NCBI GenBank assembly: GCA_048939245.1
Contig: JBHLPR010000062.1
Coordinates: 1 to 13,218 of the forward strand
DNA: 13,218 bases
Direction: 5' to 3'
Origin: Promethearchaeota archaeon
GTDB lineage: Archaea; Asgardarchaeota; Hermodarchaeia; Hermodarchaeales; Hermodarchaeaceae
Position numbers and translations under genes: made by a program. The notes below the pieces were generated by a model, which worked only from the letters and a program-made list of their open reading frames with translations, made no database searches and had not been told where the DNA came from. Shown here piece by piece: positions 1 through 7,183 of this stretch (position 1 is the first letter of the stretch; every line of letters starts with the position of its first letter).

Positions 1-750
1 ATCTTGTTTTGCGAAGAGCGCGTAAGCTGCAGAGTCGAACATATCACAGCCCATTGCTACAATTAGTGGGAAAAGAACCGGGTGCCCAGCACCAAAGAGA
101 TGAACCGGTTTATCAAGAGGGAGATTGTTTTTTGCGCTTAGGACTAAATCGACTAGTTTATCGAATTGGTACTGTTCCATAAGCTGGGTTGGGCTTCCTA
201 TTGCGTAAATAGAAAAATCAAGTTTACTTATAGCATGAGCTGATTGCTCTACCAATTTCGGGTAAGTCCCTCCTTGAATTGGACCAACCCATAAAATGTT
301 GGATTTTTGGCGTTGTGAAATTGAAGCCTTCGCTCTTCGCAGAGTTTCTTCTACGGTTAATTGAGCTTCATTATAGGTCGCCTTACCACCTGTAGGAACA
401 TCTAGTATGACTGCAATGTCAGTTTCAATCTTTTCTTGAAATTGAATGATTTGTTCAGGAGTGGTTTGAACATCTCCGTAAATTAATAACTGGTATGCCC
501 CCGAATCAGTCATAATTGATCCAGGAAAATTAAGTATGTCATGGATTGAACCTTTACATTCGGCTTTTGAAAGTAAGTAAGCATTTGTTATGATGATTTG
601 ACAATCGAAATCTTGAAACATTTTTTGTGGTGGTATAAGCTCATTCGTTGGATGAACTACCGGAATGAATGTGGGTGTTTCAACCAAACTGCTCTTAGTC
701 CGAAACCTACCAATTCGTGCAAGTAAGTCTTTTTGAATGGTTTCAATCAT
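1..750 (-). CDS. tgtA: Archaeosine tRNA-guanine(15) transglycosylase, N-terminal 250 codons (runs off the window start)
   Basis: Not in the ORF track. Manual translation from ATG at 750 gives MIETIQKDLLARIGRFRTKSSLVETPTFIPVVHP...IIITNAYLL...IMTDSGAYQLLIYG...ILDVPTGG...GPIQGG...PVHLFGAGHP...GCDMFDSAAYALFAK, which carries the archaeal TGT motifs. Confidence 0.95.
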   Translation of the reverse strand, partial: MIETIQKDLLARIGRFRTKSSLVETPTFIPVVHPTNELIPPQKMFQDFDCQIIITNAYLLSKAECKGSIHDILNFPGSIMTDSGAYQLLIYGDVQTTPEQIIQFQEKIETDIAVILDVPTGGKATYNEAQLTVEETLRRAKASISQRQKSNILWVGPIQGGTYPKLVEQSAHAISKLDFSIYAIGSPTQLMEQYQFDKLVDLVLSAKNNLPLDKPVHLFGAGHPVLFPLIVAMGCDMFDSAAYALFAKQD

Positions 751-764
751 TGCAAACGCGACTT

Positions 765-1211
765 TTAGGAAGGCTCTTCTTCTTTTGCTTCTTGTTCTTC
801 AACAAATCGTGTGTATACTTTCCGAATTCGGTCTGCAAGTGGTCCTGTACCTTCTACTCCTTGTTCGGTCACGCGAACCTTATTAAGCACGACAATGACT
901 CGTGCGTCTTCAAGGAACCGAACCTCCCCAGGAGGAAATAATGTTTCAAGCTGCTCAGCTAATCCTTTCAAATCAAACGGGTCCTCGGTCTTTACAAGCT
1001 CAAGAATCGTATGACCTGTAATTAAAATCCGATGAAAAAGATTTCCTTTCTTATCGCGTGCTTCACCTAAGACAATACTTAGAGTGGAAGGATCATACCC
1101 ACGCATTTTTCCTGTAAGGGATTTTCCAGTATTGGTTCTCACTATAACTGTGGCTCCTATCAAAGAGGCCAATTCTTTGAAAAAGTGTCGAGCCCCTGTA
1201 CTTTGTGACAT
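765..1211 (-). CDS. Lsm/Sm-like RNA-binding protein with C-terminal domain (SmAP3 type)
   Basis: Sm1 motif (LIGATVIVRTNTGKSLTGKMRGYDPSTLSIVLGEA), Sm2-like RILITGHTI and a ~70 aa C-terminal domain (FDLKGLAEQLETLFPPGEV...GVEGTGPLADRI). GGAGG lies 7 nt upstream of the ATG, and the gene is directly upstream of tgtA. Confidence 0.88.
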   Translation of the reverse strand: MSQSTGARHFFKELASLIGATVIVRTNTGKSLTGKMRGYDPSTLSIVLGEARDKKGNLFHRILITGHTILELVKTEDPFDLKGLAEQLETLFPPGEVRFLEDARVIVVLNKVRVTEQGVEGTGPLADRIRKVYTRFVEEQEAKEEEPS

Positions 1212-1258
1212 TTGGTGTCCTCCAGATATTCTTGTTTTGAGTAGTGATTATCCATCCG

Positions 1259-1268
1259 TTTTTATATG
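1259..1268. promoter_or_regulatory. Candidate TATA box in the divergent Lsm/rpo8 intergenic region
   Basis: TTTTTATATG, which is TATA-like on both strands, within a 95-bp divergent gap. Confidence 0.4.
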
Positions 1269-1306
1269 TTGTTAAGTCACATTATGAGGTGTTTAGTTTA
1301 GGTTAG

Positions 1307-1660
1307 GTGATGTATTTGGTTTCCGGAAATGGTACTATTGATAAACGTGAAACTCCGCTGACCCAAGTATCTCAATATTCTATCAAAGTTGGTAAAAGAC
1401 TTCAGATTGATTTTGAGTTACCAAATAGTATAAACTCCCTTCAGAACGGACAGAAGGTCAATGTGTCAATCACAACTAGTAAACCAAAGAAAGCACAGAA
1501 GCTTCTTACGCTTCGAGGCGAAGTCTATGAAATAGAGAAGACAAAATCAGGTACGAACTATGTGATTTTCTTTTCAGGTCTACAGGGTAGTATTATTGCG
1601 AAACGACGAATCCCAGGAATAAAGGTGAAAAAACCAATATACCTCTCAATAACTAAGTGA
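1307..1660 (+). CDS. rpo8: Probable RNA polymerase subunit Rpo8 (RpoG / RPB8 homolog)
   Basis: 117 aa, beta-rich OB-fold-like pattern: IDFELP...GQKVNVSIT...LRGEVYEIE...VIFFSGLQG...PIYLSI, compared with RPB8 'G.vY...SfGGLL...vYl.i'. The tgtA-Lsm-rpoG-tfb neighbourhood resembles that of Sulfolobales. Confidence 0.7.
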   Translation: MMYLVSGNGTIDKRETPLTQVSQYSIKVGKRLQIDFELPNSINSLQNGQKVNVSITTSKPKKAQKLLTLRGEVYEIEKTKSGTNYVIFFSGLQGSIIAKRRIPGIKVKKPIYLSITK

Positions 1661-1827
1661 TAGTGACATCAGATCAAAGCCTTACTTTCTCTATTACCGC
1701 TTGAATAGTTTCGGTGATGTGTCTCCCTGTGTAAGATAAGCTATTGAGCGGACAAAACGTCCTGTGTGTACAAATTTAGTCGTTGTTGGAAGGGATAGTA
1801 GTTCCCCAAAAGTTTGGTTAAGAACAG

Positions 1828-1863
1828 CATCACTTTGAGAATACGAATCGGCTCAAAGTGATG
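1828..1863. repeat. Perfect 12-bp inverted repeat just upstream of the TFB-like gene
   Basis: CATCACTTTGAG (1828-1839), a 12-nt spacer, then CTCAAAGTGATG (1852-1863). It ends 5 nt before ATG 1869. Confidence 0.85.
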
Positions 1864-1868
1864 ATTAG

Positions 1869-2870
1869 ATGGATAATCTACACTGTTCTGAATGTTCAGG
1901 TCACACCATACTTACAAATGGGGAATATGTGTGTGCAACCTGTGGATTGGTAGTGGCGCGCCAGATAGTTAGTTCACCTTACCAGATGCATAAGGAGGAG
2001 GGGGGTTCTTCTTCGCATTCTAAGTCATACGTTGCTTTGGGAAAACGCTCTGTCATGGTAGGGGGATTGGGAAGCTTCATTGATTACCAAGCTAGTCGCT
2101 TCTTCTATGACCAAACGGGTCGGCCTTTAACTCCGCGGAGACAGCGATTGTTTCGAAGGCTCAAGTATGATTATAATCTTCGTGTTCGAATCGCTAAACG
2201 AGAAACAACTTATCGTGCATTAAGATCCCTAAGTCGAGTAGCGGATTTGCTCTCTTTAACAGAGGGGATCAAGGATAGGGCGGCCTACTACTATCAGAAG
2301 ATGGATAAGAAGCTTGACAATAGTGATATCACAAGCCATCTAACACTAATGGCTTATGGTTTAATGTTGGCAGTACGCGAGTCCAAAGAAAATGCCCCTA
2401 TTACGCTCCAAGAAATTGCGGAGGCTTTTCGGAAGCTTGGTCATCGAGTAACAAGTCGCTCTATTATTCGTCAAGCCCTTTCAGTAAAGAAGAAGATTCC
2501 ACTTGCACCAGTAAAGAGATCAAGCGAGGATTATCTACAACGTATCGTGTCACAGACGGTGAACCATCCTATGATAAGTCTAAGGCTACGACGCGCCGGC
2601 TTGACAGCACAGAAATATCAAGCGCAGTTAATTAAATTCGCTAACCAGTTGTTCGGTAGAATCAGCGTCCCTGAGCGCGGAGGAAGGAATCCATTCATCT
2701 TTGCTGTTGCAGTTGTTTATAGTGCAGATTTATTGATTGCAAAAATGGCAAAACGCCGCCCAATTCTCACTCAACGGTTGGTCTCCAAGGCCACAGAAGC
2801 CGCGGAGTACAGTGTACGAGATCATTATGCCAAATTGTTAAAACCGCACATTCTCAAGATGCTACCCTAG
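1869..2870 (+). CDS. tfb: Divergent transcription initiation factor IIB (TFB) family paralog
   Basis: N-terminal Zn ribbon (CSEC...GEYVCATCGLVV) and two cyclin-like repeats (LSRVADLLSLTEGIKDRAAYYY...ITLQEIAEAF; GRNPFIFAVAVVYSA...LTQRLVSKATEAAEYSVRDHY). Confidence 0.85.
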   Translation: MDNLHCSECSGHTILTNGEYVCATCGLVVARQIVSSPYQMHKEEGGSSSHSKSYVALGKRSVMVGGLGSFIDYQASRFFYDQTGRPLTPRRQRLFRRLKYDYNLRVRIAKRETTYRALRSLSRVADLLSLTEGIKDRAAYYYQKMDKKLDNSDITSHLTLMAYGLMLAVRESKENAPITLQEIAEAFRKLGHRVTSRSIIRQALSVKKKIPLAPVKRSSEDYLQRIVSQTVNHPMISLRLRRAGLTAQKYQAQLIKFANQLFGRISVPERGGRNPFIFAVAVVYSADLLIAKMAKRRPILTQRLVSKATEAAEYSVRDHYAKLLKPHILKMLP

Positions 2871-3104
2871 TACAAGCTGTGTTATGTGGAGCATTATTAC
2901 AACAATAGTAAATAGAGAGAAAAGTAAGACTGGCTGAAAAGTCGATATACCAGCAATCCAAGCGAGATAGATGACGAACGGCATTGATGTGATTATTGTC
3001 CCTGAAATCAATGCCAGAGTAGTAAAGTCATTAGTTACTGACTGGATGATTAACAGAAGAAACCAACTATAAAGAACAAGCCTAAGTATCTGGAAGAGAA
3101 GCAT
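2862..3104 (-). CDS. Small hydrophobic membrane protein (about 3 TM), probable pilus accessory
   Basis: 80 aa, almost entirely hydrophobic. A strong SD (GGAGGT) lies 6 nt before the ATG and overlaps the stop of the upstream 3116..3511 gene. Confidence 0.65.
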   Translation of the reverse strand: MLLFQILRLVLYSWFLLLIIQSVTNDFTTLALISGTIITSMPFVIYLAWIAGISTFQPVLLFSLFTIVVIMLHITQLVLG

Positions 3105-3115
3105 TCGATAACCTC

Positions 3116-3511
3116 CTATAGTGGCTGAAAAGTCAATTGAATTGCTGATTGAGTTGCATTGATTAAAAGTAGATAATACCCTGACTGATTCAATCCAGAT
3201 ATCATTAGTGACGATCTATAAGTTCGTGTTATTATGTGCCAGCTATCAAGATAAACTTTGAAGATGAGTTGATTATTAACAGCTTCAAGTGTTAAGTTAG
3301 CCGGAACGAAAATCTGTGTTGTTAGACAAGTTTGTTCATGATCAGCTGAAAGAATCAATTCGTCAAGATTCTGAACAAATTGTTGAAAAGCAATTGCTTG
3401 TTCAGACTGGTGAAGTAACTGACCTGTATTGAAAAGCAGAGGCACCCCTATTGTAACTAGAAGGCTAAGGTTTAATCCAATGATTACGATTTTTTCTAAA
3501 CTCTGATTCAA
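3116..3511 (-). CDS. Single-pass membrane protein, minor-pilin-like
   Basis: TTG start, N-terminal QSLE followed by a hydrophobic helix (IVIIGLNLSLLVTIGVPLLF), an amphipathic helix and a beta-rich C-terminal domain. Divergent from the pilus ATPase. Confidence 0.6.
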   Translation of the reverse strand: MNQSLEKIVIIGLNLSLLVTIGVPLLFNTGQLLHQSEQAIAFQQFVQNLDELILSADHEQTCLTTQIFVPANLTLEAVNNQLIFKVYLDSWHIITRTYRSSLMISGLNQSGYYLLLINATQSAIQLTFQPL

Positions 3512-3541
3512 TTTACTCTCATATGTTTCCAGGTTAAAAGA

Positions 3542-3581
3542 AATTTAAAGTCCTATTTCTGAGATTTTTTTGCTTTAAATA
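3542..3581. promoter_or_regulatory. Back-to-back divergent TATA boxes of the pilus locus
   Basis: ATTTAAAG (3543-3550) and CTTTAAAT (3573-3580) form an inverted pair. Each lies about 30 nt upstream of a start codon (TTG 3511 on -, ATG 3611 on +). Confidence 0.6.
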
Positions 3582-3595
3582 GAATTCTCTGAATT

Positions 3596-5671
3596 ATGTC
3601 CACGGTAATAATGGTTTGTCCTTTCCAAATTATCAAAGACGAAAAGGGTTCGAAAATATTAGCATTCAGTTGTGAAATATGTTCATGTCAAGACCCACAA
3701 AAAGGTGATATCATTGATAACGAGTATTGCCGCCAGCAGTTTCTTAAGATACTACCATTTTTAGAAGAGATTTTTACTTGTCAATTTACTTCCAGTACCA
3801 GAACGGTTAGTCTCCCCCGTCGATCAACAGAACTTCTGAAAGAGTATGTTTTGGTTGTTGAAAAATTAGAACCACATATTCAAAAAATCGTTTATCATTT
3901 CCCTGAGATAAGAGAGAAATTATTTACGGAGCCATTCTCAACCTTCAAAATTCTTGAACAGACCTACAAATCCTCAAAGGAGCGATCAATCCTAGAAATT
4001 ATTTCAGCATTAGTAAAAACGAGGTTAATTTCAAATGCAAAGAATCAGATTAGAGATGATGGTTTAACAGATCAAAAGCTCTTTCTTGAAAATTATTTAC
4101 AAATTCAGAAAAGCCCCCTAAAATATTCGAGCGATAAACTCTTCGAAGAGCCTTTTGAGCTTCTTAGCACATATGAAGTGGGACCATTTAGAGCTAGTAT
4201 TTTTGAATTTGCTCAATTCCCTCTAGAAAAATTCTATCAAGTTGTATTATCATTAGATGAAATTCACTCTCAAGGTTTATTACAAACCCTGTTATCGCAC
4301 CGAAGACAATTTTCCTTAGAAGAAGCTGAGCTTCAAAAATTGGATGCCCTCATATCCTCTAAGATTACTGATTTTACACAAAACCTTATGACAACTTTCA
4401 AAGAATTATCCAGCACTGAACAAAAGAATTTCTCAATCTATGCCATTGCACAGATTCTAAATTTAACCAAGACCTTACCACTTTTACTTGATGATGAGGT
4501 TCAGGAAATTTTCCTTGATAAACCGGGGACAGCATATTATATTGATCATGCTATCTGGGGTCGGTGTAAAACAAATCTTATCCCATCACAATCGGAGTTA
4601 TCACATATTATTACAAGATTGCGTCTTGAAAGCAGAAGACCTCTGGATGAAAAGAATCCCTCGTTAAAAACTGAACTAAAAACTGCGCTATTTCATGTTC
4701 GTGCAGCGATTGACATTCCCCCTCTCGCTTATGAAGGAGCGCACCTCAATATCAGAAAAATCCGATTACGTACCTTGACTCTACCAGAATTGGTTGCCAA
4801 TGGCACCATTTCCCTTTCAGCAGCCGCATTCCTCGTTTTATGTATGAATTTACGAATAAACATCACAATTTGTGGTGAACCGGCAACTGGTAAGACAACT
4901 CTAGCAAATGCAATTAACCTTATAGCTCCTCCCAATTGGAGGAAAATTGCTATTGAAGATACACTCGAAAGTATTTCTTTTGATGAAGGAAATAGACACA
5001 AAGTAACCTTTCAAGTTGCGCCCTTTGATTCATTCGACCAAACGCAATCAACAAAATCTAATGAAATAATCAGGTTACTGCACCGATCTCCTGATTGGGT
5101 ATTTTTAGGAGAAATTCAAACTGCAGAGCATAGTTCAGCAATGTTTCATGCGATTAGCGCAGGTATCAGAGGAATTCAGACCTGCCATGCAAATTCTAAT
5201 CAAGAGCTTTTATTGCGTTGGCAAGTCCATCACGATATACCCGAAGTGTGTTTTCAATCTCTTGGTTTACTTGTTCATATGGTGAAAGAAGTAATTCGGG
5301 GCCAAGTTAATCGTAAAGTTGCTCAGATTAGTGAGGTCCAATTTGATTCAGGCAATGTTACTTTAAAACCCATTTTCGAATGGAATAACACGTCAGGACA
5401 GCTCGAACAAATAGTGTCTGATTTATATTCACAGCTTATTTCTCGAACATGTAAGTTTCAACGGTTGAAACAAGTAGATATTCGAAAACAGCTTTGCCTT
5501 TATCAAGAAACGTTAGCGAAACTTGTATCCAAACATATCTATGATCCTGAATTAATTGTAAAGACCTTTGATGAGACATATGCGTCCAAAAGCCCATCGG
5601 TATCAGATATTGTGAAAATACATAAAGAGCGAAAAGAAGGTGAAAAATCTTCGATTATATCAGTTCACTAG
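3596..5671 (+). CDS. Type II/IV secretion / type IV pilus assembly ATPase (VirB11/TadA/ArlI superfamily); true start may be ATG 3611
   Basis: LLLDDEVQEIFLD, LNIRK, Walker A GEPATGKTT, Asp box IAIEDTLE, Walker B region LHRSPDWVFLGEIQ, His box IQTCHA, and a Cys-rich N-terminus (CEICSC...C). Confidence 0.93.
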   Translation: MSTVIMVCPFQIIKDEKGSKILAFSCEICSCQDPQKGDIIDNEYCRQQFLKILPFLEEIFTCQFTSSTRTVSLPRRSTELLKEYVLVVEKLEPHIQKIVYHFPEIREKLFTEPFSTFKILEQTYKSSKERSILEIISALVKTRLISNAKNQIRDDGLTDQKLFLENYLQIQKSPLKYSSDKLFEEPFELLSTYEVGPFRASIFEFAQFPLEKFYQVVLSLDEIHSQGLLQTLLSHRRQFSLEEAELQKLDALISSKITDFTQNLMTTFKELSSTEQKNFSIYAIAQILNLTKTLPLLLDDEVQEIFLDKPGTAYYIDHAIWGRCKTNLIPSQSELSHIITRLRLESRRPLDEKNPSLKTELKTALFHVRAAIDIPPLAYEGAHLNIRKIRLRTLTLPELVANGTISLSAAAFLVLCMNLRINITICGEPATGKTTLANAINLIAPPNWRKIAIEDTLESISFDEGNRHKVTFQVAPFDSFDQTQSTKSNEIIRLLHRSPDWVFLGEIQTAEHSSAMFHAISAGIRGIQTCHANSNQELLLRWQVHHDIPEVCFQSLGLLVHMVKEVIRGQVNRKVAQISEVQFDSGNVTLKPIFEWNNTSGQLEQIVSDLYSQLISRTCKFQRLKQVDIRKQLCLYQETLAKLVSKHIYDPELIVKTFDETYASKSPSVSDIVKIHKERKEGEKSSIISVH

Positions 5672-6474
5672 CTTATCTAGGAAAACGAGTTCCAGGAAGC
5701 CGATACATATTAGCACGCTTTTCTTCTTCTGAATTTTGTGAAGCCATTGAAATCCTCTACCAGGGTTCCGTTAATCCCTTCCACATTCAGAGTGGTATAA
5801 TGATTCTTAGTGTGACAAGTAGCGGTATCCTCACACTTCTTCTTAGTCTGTTTCTTCCTATTCTTAGCGCTTTGGTGTTAGGTATTACAATTGGCTTGGT
5901 GATCTGGTTAATTCTCTTGAACAAGATTCTTGTCAAATATCATAAGCAGTTGGTACAAATAGAAAGAGCAACACCATATGTTTTGGAAGAATTGGTCACG
6001 CTCTTTACAATTACAGGTTCTGTTTTTGAATCGATAGAATATGTATCGAAAGGAGAGCATGGTGCTATTTCATCTGCATTTGCAGAGATGATAGAACCAT
6101 TAAACTTGGGCGTCCCCCCAGAACAACTGCTCCGAAAGTATGCTATCACTCAACCGTCAATAACACTTCGAAGAGGACTTCTCACCTTTATCCAGTTCAT
6201 CGAGTCTTCGGTTGCGAATCTTGAGGCTGTAATAAGCGATGCCCATGAAAATCTCCAAAGAAAATATGAAAGAAGAACATTGCAATGGGAAAGTCGGATG
6301 ATGATAATTGTAGGCGTACTTGTATTTTTACCGATTATTTTCATTTTAGGCATAGCTATCCGAGGGTTAGCAAATCAGCCATTGATTCTGGTTCTTCCGA
6401 TTTTTCAGTTTATACTCTCAAAGATAATGATATCAGCGCTTCTACCAAAAGAAATGATATTATTGGGGGAATAA
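5647..6474 (+). CDS. T2SSF/TadB-TadC-like pilus membrane platform protein, part 1 (first ATG 5800; frame open from 5644)
   Basis: Two TMs, then a T2SSF-like cytoplasmic domain (PYVLEELVTLFTITGSVFESIEYVSKGEHGAISSAFAEMIEPLNLGVPPEQLL...RRGLLTF), then two TMs. Directly downstream of the ATPase. The start is uncertain. Confidence 0.8.
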   Translation: MFDYISSLAYLGKRVPGSRYILARFSSSEFCEAIEILYQGSVNPFHIQSGIMILSVTSSGILTLLLSLFLPILSALVLGITIGLVIWLILLNKILVKYHKQLVQIERATPYVLEELVTLFTITGSVFESIEYVSKGEHGAISSAFAEMIEPLNLGVPPEQLLRKYAITQPSITLRRGLLTFIQFIESSVANLEAVISDAHENLQRKYERRTLQWESRMMIIVGVLVFLPIIFILGIAIRGLANQPLILVLPIFQFILSKIMISALLPKEMILLGE

Positions 6475-6477
6475 AAA

Positions 6478-7137
6478 ACGCAACCGCCAGACGATGAATT
6501 TGATCAATTTCTTGATTTTCTTACACACCTTTCAACAGAACTTGCCTTTGGAACTAGTCCGGAATACGCATTAGTTAGAACTTCGCAATACTTTGGGACC
6601 CAAACACCCTGTTATATACTTGAAGCGTTGAATTCAATTATCAAGGGTACAAAAACATTTCAGGCGGCATGGTCGGAGTTAGTAACAAAATACAATCATA
6701 ACCGAAATTCGCGTTTACTTGAATTACTTGGTCGTTTTGTGAAGAAAGGGTCAGTTACTGGTGGAGAAAGAATGCTAGAAGTCCTTAAACAGATTCGGAA
6801 AAATAGCGCAATGACGAAAGATAGGAAGAACTTGATTAACAGCCAAAAGGTAAAGGTATTTGCACTTTCTTTCGTCTCCTCAATCGTTATTGGTTTAATT
6901 ACTGCTATAGCCCCCTTACTAGACTTCACATTTTATCAAGACCTATGGACCACCTCGTATGTCCACTCCAACTCGATTTCATTTTATATTCTAATCGCAT
7001 CATTTCTAACTGTTATTATCACAGGATACCGTCTCAACCAAACCGTCAGCGGATCTATTAGAACAGTATCGATTAACTTGATCGCGTTTGGGTGTACCTT
7101 CATTCTTATATCCCATCTTTTATTATCCTTCATCTAG
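6478..7137 (+). CDS. T2SSF/TadC-like pilus membrane platform protein, part 2 (track start TTG 6628 truncates the domain)
   Basis: Same frame as part 1 and open from 6475: KTQPPDDEFDQFLDFLTHLSTELAFGTSPEYALVRTSQYFG...IIKGTKTFQAAW...LLELLGRFVKKG, followed by three TMs. Confidence 0.78.
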   Translation, partial: TQPPDDEFDQFLDFLTHLSTELAFGTSPEYALVRTSQYFGTQTPCYILEALNSIIKGTKTFQAAWSELVTKYNHNRNSRLLELLGRFVKKGSVTGGERMLEVLKQIRKNSAMTKDRKNLINSQKVKVFALSFVSSIVIGLITAIAPLLDFTFYQDLWTTSYVHSNSISFYILIASFLTVIITGYRLNQTVSGSIRTVSINLIAFGCTFILISHLLLSFI

Positions 7138-7144
7138 TGTGGGG

Positions 7145-7152
7145 CTTAAATA
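7145..7152 (+). promoter_or_regulatory. Candidate TATA box of the pilin gene
   Basis: CTTAAATA ends 31 nt upstream of ATG 7184 and resembles the CTTTAAATA box upstream of the ATPase. Confidence 0.5.
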
Positions 7153-7183
7153 TCTCAAAACAGACTGATTCTTGGGACCCATT

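Noticed and set aside
717-1275. + strand ORFs 717..941, 811..1014, 1084..1275
   Set aside because: Antisense shadows of tgtA and Lsm with no recognisable motifs.
1858-1891. GTGATGA...CTGA resembling C/D box sRNA motifs
   Set aside because: Too short for a full C/D'/C'/D layout and overlaps the TFB coding start; likely chance.
6472-6474. Selenocysteine/pyrrolysine or alternative genetic code explanation for the in-frame stop
   Set aside because: The codon is TAA, not TGA or TAG, and TAA ends other genes here (Lsm, pilin, fumarase alpha).
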